37,271 nucleotides of DNA from a virus. The translations under genes and the position numbers were made by a program. The DNA lies in IMG/VR virus record IMGVR_UViG_3300045988_035176, positions 1-37,271 of that record; one strand, 5' to 3'. Below are positions 14,743 to 22,963 of this stretch, one piece after another (within the stretch, counting starts at the first letter, position 1; each line of letters begins with the position of its first letter). Under the pieces are notes generated by a model that was not told where the DNA came from, searched no databases, and saw only the letters and a list, made by a program, of their open reading frames with translations.

Positions 14743-16404
14743 TCACACCCCCACTATGCCGATGCCGTCATTTGTAACAGTATCGCCATCTTTTACTGTA
14801 ATTGGAATAAAACGTGCTTTGTTGCACAACGTGATCTCTTCTTCAATTACCGATTTTTTCTGATGGAACTCGTCACCTGAAACCCAGAATGTTTTTGCTC
14901 CTGTACGGTCATATCCTGCAAAGCCAACATAATTATTTACCACAAGATATGAACCATCAAGTCCATACATGATTAGTCCGCTTTTGTCCAGCTTTGCAAT
15001 CAGATTGTTTGCTTCATCATAGACTTCAATCTGTCCATTCTGGTTAAGGTTAGAGCCGAGCTTTAATGTTCCACCTTTAATCATGTCCGCAACTAAATTG
15101 ATAACGTTAATATGTTGCATGTTCAGCACATTGTCAATCGTCCATGCACTTTCAAAATCTCCATTGATTCCAGTGTTTGAAAATGCAATACCACCGCTGT
15201 TAATCATAATGACGTGGTGAGCTTCTTCCTTTGGCAATGCATCAACAACAAGAATCTTGTCGCCTTCATACACAACATACGAATTGCCAAGCATGCCTAG
15301 AATTGTTTCCTGAGCATGTTGAATTGCATCTGAAAACACAACCTGTAAAGCAGAGTTGTTCTTCTCAACACTTTGCTGAATTGTTGAACTTACTATCCCC
15401 ATCAAGTCAGAAACTTTTTGTTGAAAATTTCCAAATTCAAGCTCCGTATACTTGCCTAAAATGCAATCATAATCATACGAAATAACATGCGTTGTAATAT
15501 CCACCCCCATTGGCTCGTCAATGACTTCGATTGTATCACCTATATCCGTCAGTTTTTCGATATTAGCCTTGAGTGTGTAATTCACTTTTGGCACGCAGTT
15601 TTCATCAACATATGCCTGCCCCTGATTTCTCAAATCATCAATAAGTGCATTGTTATATGCTGTCTCATCAAGATGTCCTTCTGCATCCTTGTATAGGTCT
15701 TGGTCAACATTCTGATTGAAAGATACAACTTTTGTGAATGGAATATCGTACTGTGTTTTGCTGTAAAGATAGACCTCATCAAGAAGCAGGCCATCTTTTC
15801 CAACTGGCATAAGTTTTGTCACAACATTGTCCCAGTTTGCCGTGCATGTCATTTCCTTCAGATTCTTTTTGTATCGTACAGTCACGCCATTATCGCGCCC
15901 GATAGTACTCATGATTCCGAACCTGTAATTGTCACGTACAAAGTGACCACCCCAACGCTCTAGAACCGTGCTAAAAGCGTCATACAGCGATGTTCTCACG
16001 CACCTATATGAATCTACAATTGCAATATCAGAATACGTCTGAAATGGGCTAGGATTGTCTGTGGCGCTGTTCAGATGGTCCATCGCATCGTTGCAATTTT
16101 TATCCACAACGTAACTGTCTGCAATCACATAGTTTTGAGCATCATACGATATGTGCTGAGCTTTTAATGTGATCTTGTGTTTTGTCTTTTCAGGGTTCTT
16201 AACGCGGAAAGCCTGTGCACCCTGTGGCGTATCTGCAACGATAATCCTATTTGCTGTCAAAAGGTCAGCATAAGAAATGTCTGCTTCAATATTCAAATAA
16301 AATTTGCCATTATCTTCCTTGTGAACTTTTGCTTTGAATGGCTGAATGACTGCATCGCCGTTGCTTGAAAAGTCTGTGTCTGTTGTTCCAAATAATTTTA
16401 TCAT
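14743..16404 (-). CDS. Tal-like tail-tip protein (phage minor structural protein, N-terminal region / prophage tail endopeptidase family).
   Basis: The N-terminus MIKLFGTTDTDFSSNGDAVIQPFKAKVHKEDNGKFYLNIEA...AQAFRV is typical of siphovirus Tal proteins. Confidence 0.65.
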   Translation of the reverse strand: MIKLFGTTDTDFSSNGDAVIQPFKAKVHKEDNGKFYLNIEADISYADLLTANRIIVADTPQGAQAFRVKNPEKTKHKITLKAQHISYDAQNYVIADSYVVDKNCNDAMDHLNSATDNPSPFQTYSDIAIVDSYRCVRTSLYDAFSTVLERWGGHFVRDNYRFGIMSTIGRDNGVTVRYKKNLKEMTCTANWDNVVTKLMPVGKDGLLLDEVYLYSKTQYDIPFTKVVSFNQNVDQDLYKDAEGHLDETAYNNALIDDLRNQGQAYVDENCVPKVNYTLKANIEKLTDIGDTIEVIDEPMGVDITTHVISYDYDCILGKYTELEFGNFQQKVSDLMGIVSSTIQQSVEKNNSALQVVFSDAIQHAQETILGMLGNSYVVYEGDKILVVDALPKEEAHHVIMINSGGIAFSNTGINGDFESAWTIDNVLNMQHINVINLVADMIKGGTLKLGSNLNQNGQIEVYDEANNLIAKLDKSGLIMYGLDGSYLVVNNYVGFAGYDRTGAKTFWVSGDEFHQKKSVIEEEITLCNKARFIPITVKDGDTVTNDGIGIVGV

Positions 16405-16426
16405 GTTTAACCCTCACATACTTAAT

Positions 16427-16448
16427 AAAAAAGGCGCGCGTTGCGCCT
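16427..16448 (-). terminator. Intrinsic terminator between the fibre cassette and the Tal-like gene.
   Basis: The minus strand reads AGGCGC-AACGC-GCGCCU followed by U6. It ends 22 nt upstream of the Tal start codon, with no room for a promoter. Confidence 0.6.
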
Positions 16449-16459
16449 GTCTTTTTATC

Positions 16460-16564
16460 CTACAATTCGGCTAACGCTTTTTCTACAGCGTCATGCCATC
16501 TCTTAGGCACTTCTTCCAGTGTCATTCTGTTCATCTGAATCTGTCTTACGTACCACTTTACCAT
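16460..16564 (-). CDS. XkdX-like small protein (34 aa, MVKWYVRQIQMNRMTLEEVPKRWHDAVEKALAEL).
   Basis: Hand-translated. A strong GGGGGTGA RBS is present. Its size and its position at the end of a fibre cluster resemble PBSX XkdX. Confidence 0.4.
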   Translation of the reverse strand: MVKWYVRQIQMNRMTLEEVPKRWHDAVEKALAEL

Positions 16565-16566
16565 GG

Positions 16567-16983
16567 CTATTCACCCCCTACGATTTCTGCAAGTGAAGCG
16601 ATAGCTTCATTGATTGCTGTGATGTCAGCAGTGTTCTGCTCAGATATGTTCTGCAATATCTGAATTGCCTTTGTTGCGTCTACAACAGCTTCTCTTGTTT
16701 CCTTAACTTCGAAAGTTACTGTAGCTGTGTTCTCCTTGGTGTTTACAGAGATTCTGTTGCAAAGGCTGTATCCTTTCACTGTCAGAACTACCTCACCAAG
16801 TTCGTTTAGAATTTGGATGTCTGCGATCTGTTCCTCTGTTAAAGCTTCTACAGCTTCCTGGTATCCACTACCTAATATGGTTACTGAAACTTTACCTTCT
16901 TCAGCATTGAATTCTTTAATTTTTAATTGCGTGCCATCTTTCAAGACCAGCTTTTTTGTTACTTCAATTTTTTCTTCTTCCAT
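16567..16983 (-). CDS. Hypothetical fibre-associated protein (138 aa).
   Basis: ORF with an AAGGAG RBS. It occupies the XkdW-like position before the XkdX-like ORF. Confidence 0.45.
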   Translation of the reverse strand: MEEEKIEVTKKLVLKDGTQLKIKEFNAEEGKVSVTILGSGYQEAVEALTEEQIADIQILNELGEVVLTVKGYSLCNRISVNTKENTATVTFEVKETREAVVDATKAIQILQNISEQNTADITAINEAIASLAEIVGGE

Positions 16984-16995
16984 TTTGCTTTCTCC

Positions 16996-17463
16996 TTATG
17001 CTGTGCGCTTCCAAATGTTAACTGCTAGATATGGTTGCATATTGTTATGGGCGAGTAGACCGCCTTCAGAAGTCGTCCTGTATTCCATATGTCCATACGT
17101 ATTATCACCATCAACAGGAACATACCATATGTTCCCATCAGCCACATTTGTTGGCCACGAAGATACCTTTCGACCGTCATCACGAACAAATTTATGTTGA
17201 TGTTGCGGCATCTCGCTGATGGTTAGTTTGTGTGTTGATTCTCCGCCAGTACTTCCAAGTACGTATTTTTCTCCGCCCTGTATTAAGCAATGTCCTTCCG
17301 CAATTTTTGACCATGTTCCACCGAATGATGTATTCGGGTTAAAGCTAGAGCTAATGCTCATGTAGATACTTCCAACTGGATAAGCCTGAAGCGGTCCAGG
17401 CATTTTAGCTTTTATCTTTCCCCAGAAGTATTTAAGTCCTGTTTGATCTAAATATTTAGCCAT
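16996..17463 (-). CDS. Tail-collar-domain fibre protein.
   Basis: PVGSIYMS...GGESTHKLTISEMPQHQH...HNNMQPYLAVNIWKRTA is the phage tail collar (MdpB-like) signature. The N-terminus LDQTGLKYFWGKIKA is typical of fibre proteins. Confidence 0.7.
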   Translation of the reverse strand: MAKYLDQTGLKYFWGKIKAKMPGPLQAYPVGSIYMSISSSFNPNTSFGGTWSKIAEGHCLIQGGEKYVLGSTGGESTHKLTISEMPQHQHKFVRDDGRKVSSWPTNVADGNIWYVPVDGDNTYGHMEYRTTSEGGLLAHNNMQPYLAVNIWKRTA

Positions 17464-17472
17464 TTTTCCTCC

Positions 17473-17853
17473 TTAACTAGCGACAATTGTGTCGATTTCT
17501 GAATTGGTAATTGCCGAGACACTTGTTGCGCTCAGACTATCTAATTTAGCTTTATCAGCTGAAGACATCAATCCATTTGTATTCTGTGTCGCAACTCCAT
17601 ATGTTGTATTGTTATCCTGCTGAGTGAACGTAAATGTTGTTCCATCTAATGCCGTTGCCGTAAATGTTGTTCCTGATCTTGTAATGCTTTTTATCGCCTT
17701 TGACTGATCATAGTTTGCAACGCTTCCTAGACCTACTTGTGATTTCGTGACTCCATGTGGATTGCTTTTATTGCTTATATGGGTTCTGGCTGCGGAATCC
17801 TTTACCGTGTATGTTGTGCCACTTGGGAGTTTAATACTTGATACATCAGCCAT
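17473..17853 (-). CDS. Fibre protein, paralog A (126 aa).
   Basis: The N-terminus MADVSSIKLPSGTTYTVKDSAAR is paralogous to the 17868-18446 product. It has a GLMSSADKAKLD fibre-repeat motif. Its C-terminus NSEIDTIVAS is shared with the collagen-like protein. Confidence 0.5.
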   Translation of the reverse strand: MADVSSIKLPSGTTYTVKDSAARTHISNKSNPHGVTKSQVGLGSVANYDQSKAIKSITRSGTTFTATALDGTTFTFTQQDNNTTYGVATQNTNGLMSSADKAKLDSLSATSVSAITNSEIDTIVAS

Positions 17854-17867
17854 TCAAGCACCCCCTT

Positions 17868-18446
17868 TTATTTTGATGTTATCGTTTCGCTTGTGCCTGT
17901 AAACGCTGGTGCGGATGCACTAGCGGACTTAATGCTTGTGGCAACTGTCACCGCTGTTCCTTTTGTTGGCAAAGATCCTGCTGAAAATCCAAGTGTTAGA
18001 ACCTCATTTGAAACCGATGCCGTGAAACTTGGTAATGTGCCTACACTATTCATAGGCGTAACACTCGCTGTATTTACAGCAACCGAAACAGTCGGTGCTG
18101 AAACTGAACCTTTCGGTGTATATGATGCACTCGCAGAATCCTTGAATGCCAGTCCCTTAAGACTGCCTGTACTACCGAACTCGTGCCACTTGCTATCTGA
18201 TGTAGACCACACAAGTTCAAGCGAATTGTAAATTACAACGTCACCGTTTGATGGCGTATAATCTGCATTATTGATCTTGATTGGTGATGTGCTAGAGCCA
18301 TTCGCAAGTGCCGTTGTTGTAACTCCTGCGTAATGCATAGCACCTGTTGCAGAGCCCTTTATAATGCTAATGTCATGTCTTGCTGTTGCATCTTTGATGT
18401 CGTAAGTTGCTCCACTAGGTAATGTGATTTCTGAAATATCTGCCAT
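17868..18446 (-). CDS. Fibre protein, paralog B (192 aa).
   Basis: The N-terminus MADISEITLPSGATYDIKDATAR matches paralog A at about 17 of 27 residues. The remainder is Ser/Thr/Ala-rich. Confidence 0.5.
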   Translation of the reverse strand: MADISEITLPSGATYDIKDATARHDISIIKGSATGAMHYAGVTTTALANGSSTSPIKINNADYTPSNGDVVIYNSLELVWSTSDSKWHEFGSTGSLKGLAFKDSASASYTPKGSVSAPTVSVAVNTASVTPMNSVGTLPSFTASVSNEVLTLGFSAGSLPTKGTAVTVATSIKSASASAPAFTGTSETITSK

Positions 18447-18775
18447 TATTGTCCTCCTATTATCAGATTTCCTTCGTTAACAGTATACGTCGTACTGCTG
18501 TTCCATTTAAGCCTGTCTGTACGTGATACGTGTATATCCGCATTGCTTGTATGTGTATTTATTTCGCTGTTCAAATTTTCAAACTTTTTTTCTGCTTCGC
18601 TTGCGCTCTCAATATCATAATCCGCAAGTGCTTTGTTTCCTTTTACCTCAACGTTGTTGATTTTAGGAATATTTGTTAGTTGATTATAATCGTCTGTACC
18701 AACAACTGAAACGCTATCCAATTTTACGGTTAAGTGATCATCGTCCGCAAGCATGATAATCTTATAATCATCCAT
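18446..18775 (-). CDS. Fibre-related protein (109 aa).
   Basis: DYNQLTNIPKINNVEVKGNKAL is a motif common in Gram-positive phage tail fibres. Confidence 0.5.
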   Translation of the reverse strand: MDDYKIIMLADDDHLTVKLDSVSVVGTDDYNQLTNIPKINNVEVKGNKALADYDIESASEAEKKFENLNSEINTHTSNADIHVSRTDRLKWNSSTTYTVNEGNLIIGGQ

Positions 18776-18778
18776 GCT

Positions 18779-19132
18779 TTACACCCCTTTTTCGGTATCA
18801 CATGCAAATGTGACTTCTTCCGTGATAATCAGCTTACCAATAAACGTCTGATGTATCTGGTCACCTCTGATAAGCTCAATGTCATAATAATAAGTACCAA
18901 AATCAATGTAGTCTGTATCTTCTGGCTTAATCGAAAATGAATATACATTTCCATCTTTAGTTATCGTTCCATCAGTCAGTTTTTTTTGAATGATAATCTT
19001 TCTCGATGATGTATTTGCTTTTACCGTAAATGTGATTTGAGTAAATCCTTTGCTTACCTCTGCATCGTTTGCATCGTGAACGGTAAAATGAATGTTTCGC
19101 AAGTCACCTCTCGGCATTGTAATGTGTTCCAT
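18779..19132 (-). CDS. Beta-sandwich-like tail accessory protein, paralog 2 (117 aa).
   Basis: It is homologous to the 19390-19731 product. Compare IKPEDTDYIDFGTYYYDIELIRGD...FIGKLII with VPEDTKDIESGHYFYDMQIEINGD...LIGALKI. Confidence 0.45.
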   Translation of the reverse strand: MEHITMPRGDLRNIHFTVHDANDAEVSKGFTQITFTVKANTSSRKIIIQKKLTDGTITKDGNVYSFSIKPEDTDYIDFGTYYYDIELIRGDQIHQTFIGKLIITEEVTFACDTEKGV

Positions 19133-19140
19133 GTTATCAC

Positions 19141-19374
19141 CTACTCTTTCACGATAGTATCAATTTCATTATTTGAAATAGATGAGACTGGAATAATATC
19201 AGCCCACTCGTATTCATAATCGGTGTTGCTTTTCTTTTTCAAAAACTGTCCTGTTGTACCACCTGTTGGAATGCCTTCCCCTTTTTCACCGTTCAGGCCA
19301 TCTTTACCATTCAGGCCTTTTTCACCTTTCAGCATGAAAACCTTACATACAGGTTTTGTAAAGTATTCGCCCAT
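19141..19374 (-). CDS. Collagen-like repeat fibre protein (77 aa).
   Basis: It has six G-X-Y triplets (GEKGLNGKDGLNGEKGEG) and the C-terminal motif NNEIDTIVKE. The ATG at 19374 is preceded by a G8-containing RBS. Confidence 0.6.
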   Translation of the reverse strand: MGEYFTKPVCKVFMLKGEKGLNGKDGLNGEKGEGIPTGGTTGQFLKKKSNTDYEYEWADIIPVSSISNNEIDTIVKE

Positions 19375-19389
19375 TTTATGCACCCCCCC

Positions 19390-19731
19390 CTAGTCTGTGA
19401 TTCCATTTCGTATTTTCAACGCACCTATCAGGATAGTGAACACATCGCCATTTATTTCAATTTGCATGTCGTAAAAATAATGTCCTGATTCAATGTCCTT
19501 TGTATCTTCAGGCACAATTCGCACCACGTAATACATCTTGTTGCGCTCCTGCTTCCTGAATGAGATTCCATCTTCAAGTGTTTTCTGAAATACGACATCG
19601 CCATCATCAAGATTCTTTTTGCACGTGAAGAGCGCTTTTTCAAGCTGTTGCGGTTTGTCATCGAACTCAATCTCAACCGCAAATGACAATGTGTCGCCTT
19701 TTATCATTTCAAGATTTGTCTTTTCCATCAT
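19390..19731 (-). CDS. Beta-sandwich-like tail accessory protein, paralog 1 (about 113 aa).
   Basis: It is paralogous to 18779-19132. A GAGGTGG RBS is present and the start overlaps the Dit stop. Confidence 0.45.
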   Translation of the reverse strand: MMEKTNLEMIKGDTLSFAVEIEFDDKPQQLEKALFTCKKNLDDGDVVFQKTLEDGISFRKQERNKMYYVVRIVPEDTKDIESGHYFYDMQIEINGDVFTILIGALKIRNGITD

Positions 19732-20429
19732 ATCCACCTCGACAGATTTTCAAATGCAATATATGTAAGCTGTCCATCCCATGACACGGAATTAGGACCG
19801 ACTTTCAGCATAAATTTGTCGTAATTTCCGACAACGTATCTGTTCATCAATACATCATCATTATACGCTTCGAGCCTTTCTGTGTCTATTGTGATGGAAT
19901 TTGATGTACTCATATCAATCCGAAACAACTGCACACCATTCAACGACAGATTGATTGTTCCTGAACCCTTGATATGAATAATTGGCTTGGAAACATAATT
20001 GCCGTTATTTCTCACGGTAATAGCTCCAGTTGGATTGTCAAATACCTTCATTTTTTCAAGTGTGCTGTACTTGAACGGTTGCACATGATACGTGATCTCA
20101 GCCGTTCTGAACCTCATAAGGCGCTCATAATCGACAGCATCAAGAATGTCATATTTGTAATATCTTTCTTGCTCGTTTGAAAACGTGACTGTTCCGCTCG
20201 AATTGAAAAACGTAATAATATCATCAATATCATAGTCACCAAACAGCCCGATCTTCATTTTTTTATCATAGGCTGAATATCCTAGCCTTGTGATAACATC
20301 ACCATCACGACCATCTATCTGCTCAATGCTCGTTCGCATCAATGGCTTTGTAATCGGTGGCAATTCCTGTATCAGCAATCCTTTTAAATATCGGCTGTCA
20401 AGCCCATTTTGAATAACATAATTTCTCAT
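19728..20429 (-). CDS. Distal tail protein (Dit, siphovirus tail component).
   Basis: It lies immediately after the tape measure gene. The size (233 aa) and the N-terminal pattern G.DSR.L.GLLI.ELPPIT.P..R fit phage tail-family proteins. Confidence 0.7.
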   Translation of the reverse strand: MRNYVIQNGLDSRYLKGLLIQELPPITKPLMRTSIEQIDGRDGDVITRLGYSAYDKKMKIGLFGDYDIDDIITFFNSSGTVTFSNEQERYYKYDILDAVDYERLMRFRTAEITYHVQPFKYSTLEKMKVFDNPTGAITVRNNGNYVSKPIIHIKGSGTINLSLNGVQLFRIDMSTSNSITIDTERLEAYNDDVLMNRYVVGNYDKFMLKVGPNSVSWDGQLTYIAFENLSRWI

Positions 20430-20441
20430 ATTTTTACCGCC

Positions 20442-22949
20442 TTAGTTATAAATCAGTTTTGTCACCGTTTTGTCAACGAAATGACCCATTTCTTCATCAT
20501 CCATCACGATTTTAACTTGTGATAAAGCTTCCTTGAATGCATCAACCATGTTGTTATAGCTTCCACCGCCTGTTGAAATACCACCGTTCACATTGAATGC
20601 ATCAGACATACCATTTGCCAGTGCTTCAGTCTGATTTATCAGCTCTGGGCTTGCTTTTCTCAAGCTATCGCTCAACCCTTCAACCATGTCAGGCATCCAG
20701 CTCTCGTATTCAGCAAGAGGCCCTTCGTCAGGTCTTGAGAAATGAAGAAATGACTTGATTTTTCCTGCGACATCGCTGACTGCACTTGTGACTTTATGAA
20801 TTGCACTCCTGATGCCGTTTGCAATGCCACTAATCATATCGACACCCCAGTTGTATAACTGTCCAGGCAATGAACTGATACCATTAATAATAGTACTTAC
20901 AACATTGCCAATAGCTCCGCCAAGATTTCCTATCATGGATGAAATACCGCTAATGAGTGAGCCAATAATCTGTACGCCCATAGATAGAATCTGTGGCAAG
21001 TTCTGAATCAATGTCTGCACAATTGATATTATTATTCTCGGCGTAGCTGCAATCAACTGTGGTAAAGACTGCATTATTCCATTGATAAGCGCTACAAGAA
21101 TCTGAATACCTGCATTGATAATAACAGGAAGATTTGCAAGTAATGTTGTTGAAACCGTGTTAATAATCGTAGGCAACATAGCAATTAACTGTGGCAATGC
21201 TTCAGTAACGCCATTAATTAAAGCTACTAACAACTGCACACCTGCATTGATAATAACAGGAAGATTTGCAAGTAATGTATCAACGGTCTGCTGAATGATT
21301 GTAGGCAACATTGCGATCAACTGTGGCAATGCTTCTGTGATTCCCTGAATGAGCGACGTAATCATCTGTAAGCCCGCATTGATAAACTCCGGTAACAGAG
21401 TAATCATAGCCTGTATAATCTGCATAATACCATCAACAACAACAGGCATCATCTGTGGGATAGCTTCAAGAACCGATTGAATCACATTTGTAACTGCTGT
21501 TATAAGCGTTGGTAACGTGTCGCTTAGAATAGGCGGAATCATTTGTACAAGCTGTGGTACGACCGTCTGGATAAGCCTTGTCGCCACTTCCGCACCACCC
21601 TTGATAATCTGCTGTACCCTTGGGATTATGTTACCTGCAAAAGCCGTAAGGCTCTCTACAAAATCGTTTATCAGTGCGCCAAAGTCTGCGTTATCGTCTG
21701 CAATGCCAGTCAGAAGGTTCTGCCAGCTGGCCTTCATCATGTTCGATGAACCCTCGATTGTGGTGGATGCTTCCTTTGCAGACGTTCCCGCAATTCCCAT
21801 GTGCTTCTGCATTACTGAAATCGCATTTACACAGTTTGCAAAGCTCATTGAGTTAGAATCTACCGTAACGCCAAGCTCACTCTGTACGTCCTTCATTTGT
21901 GATGCATCTTTGATAAGGCGCTTCATTTCCTCAGCAGTACCACCATATCCAAGTTTCAAGTTGTCAAGCATCGTATAGTTACCCTTTGCAAATCCTTGAT
22001 ATGCGTTCTGGATATCCTGCATAGATGTTCCCATTTTGTTTGCATTGTCCGACATATCAATGATTGCACGGTTGGCATACTCCACCGCCTGCTGTGTGTC
22101 ACCACCAAGTGAGGATATTAAGCTTGCAGAAAAGCTCGTTGCAGTCTCCATGTAGTCGTTGGCAGATATCTGAGCCGTCTTGTAAGCTTCAGAAGCGTAT
22201 GCCTTCATCGTGTCAGCTGAATTGCCGAACATCGTTTCGATTCCACCAATAAGCTGCTCATAGTTTGTGTATGAAGCAAACGCCTGTTTTCCTACGTCAA
22301 CAAGTGCAGAACCAATTTGCTTTAGCCCATTTCCAACCGCTCGTATAGCATCGGTTGTAAGGTTGGCAAGAACCCCCTTCATGACCGTGAAGCCATCGCC
22401 AAGTTTTTTTGATGCATCATCGGCATCATTCATTTCTTTGCCAAGGTTGTCAATCTCTTTCGCTGTCTTGTTAACATCCGCTTGAGCATTGTTCATCTGC
22501 ACTGCAAGCTTTGACAATGATTGCTTGTTTTTGTCCTGCGCTTCGGTGCTTTCGTCATACTGCTTTTGAAGATCATCAACAACCCTTTTCTGTTCTTCAT
22601 ATTCTTTGCTGTTTTTTCCAACCTGAGCTTCAATGCTTGCAAGTTTTCCCTTTTCACTTTCAAGCTTTTCACCGAGTTGCGCATGCTCATCTGCTGACTG
22701 TTTAACAGCATCCTGATACTGTTTATACTGGTCAGACACTAACTTCAGCTTCGATTTCTGCTCTTCAAGGCGCTTGTTCAGCACGTCACTCTTGGCTGTC
22801 AATGCTTCGGTGCTTGTGTCGTTCTTGTCGTATGTACTCGTGACAACCTTCATTTCAGAAGATACCTCACGCAAGTTCTGCGTAATCTGACTCAATGCAC
22901 GCCTGTATTCGCTTTCGCCTTTTAACTTAATTGTTCCACCAAGCGCCAT
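20442..22949 (-). CDS. Tape measure protein.
   Basis: About 835 aa with an N-terminal coiled coil and four tandem 44-aa hydrophobic repeats. It follows the frameshifted chaperone. A GAAGGGGG RBS precedes the ATG at 22949. Confidence 0.9.
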   Translation of the reverse strand: MALGGTIKLKGESEYRRALSQITQNLREVSSEMKVVTSTYDKNDTSTEALTAKSDVLNKRLEEQKSKLKLVSDQYKQYQDAVKQSADEHAQLGEKLESEKGKLASIEAQVGKNSKEYEEQKRVVDDLQKQYDESTEAQDKNKQSLSKLAVQMNNAQADVNKTAKEIDNLGKEMNDADDASKKLGDGFTVMKGVLANLTTDAIRAVGNGLKQIGSALVDVGKQAFASYTNYEQLIGGIETMFGNSADTMKAYASEAYKTAQISANDYMETATSFSASLISSLGGDTQQAVEYANRAIIDMSDNANKMGTSMQDIQNAYQGFAKGNYTMLDNLKLGYGGTAEEMKRLIKDASQMKDVQSELGVTVDSNSMSFANCVNAISVMQKHMGIAGTSAKEASTTIEGSSNMMKASWQNLLTGIADDNADFGALINDFVESLTAFAGNIIPRVQQIIKGGAEVATRLIQTVVPQLVQMIPPILSDTLPTLITAVTNVIQSVLEAIPQMMPVVVDGIMQIIQAMITLLPEFINAGLQMITSLIQGITEALPQLIAMLPTIIQQTVDTLLANLPVIINAGVQLLVALINGVTEALPQLIAMLPTIINTVSTTLLANLPVIINAGIQILVALINGIMQSLPQLIAATPRIIISIVQTLIQNLPQILSMGVQIIGSLISGISSMIGNLGGAIGNVVSTIINGISSLPGQLYNWGVDMISGIANGIRSAIHKVTSAVSDVAGKIKSFLHFSRPDEGPLAEYESWMPDMVEGLSDSLRKASPELINQTEALANGMSDAFNVNGGISTGGGSYNNMVDAFKEALSQVKIVMDDEEMGHFVDKTVTKLIYN
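20940..21467 (-). repeat. Four tandem 132-bp (44-aa) coding repeats within the tape measure gene.
   Basis: On the minus strand, units start at 21467, 21335, 21203 and 21071. The unit consensus is EALPQLIAMLPTII...LLANLPVIINAG.Q.LVALING... Units 2 and 3 are nearly identical. Confidence 0.85.
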
Positions 22950-22963
22950 ATGCAACCCCCTTC

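Noticed and set aside
11423-19737. The idea that the serine recombinase acts as a Hin/Gin/Cin-type invertase switching the paralogous fibre genes (a shufflon-like system).
   Set aside because: The recombinase is a 444-aa large serine recombinase with a zinc ribbon and coiled coil (integrase type). It lies 3.6 kb away, next to the repressor. All fibre genes are co-oriented with their own RBS, and I saw no inverted repeats flanking any fibre segment by eye.
13023-19737. A diversity-generating retroelement targeting the tail fibre or receptor-binding genes.
   Set aside because: No reverse transcriptase ORF exists anywhere in the window, and I noticed no template/variable repeat pair near the 3' ends of the fibre genes.
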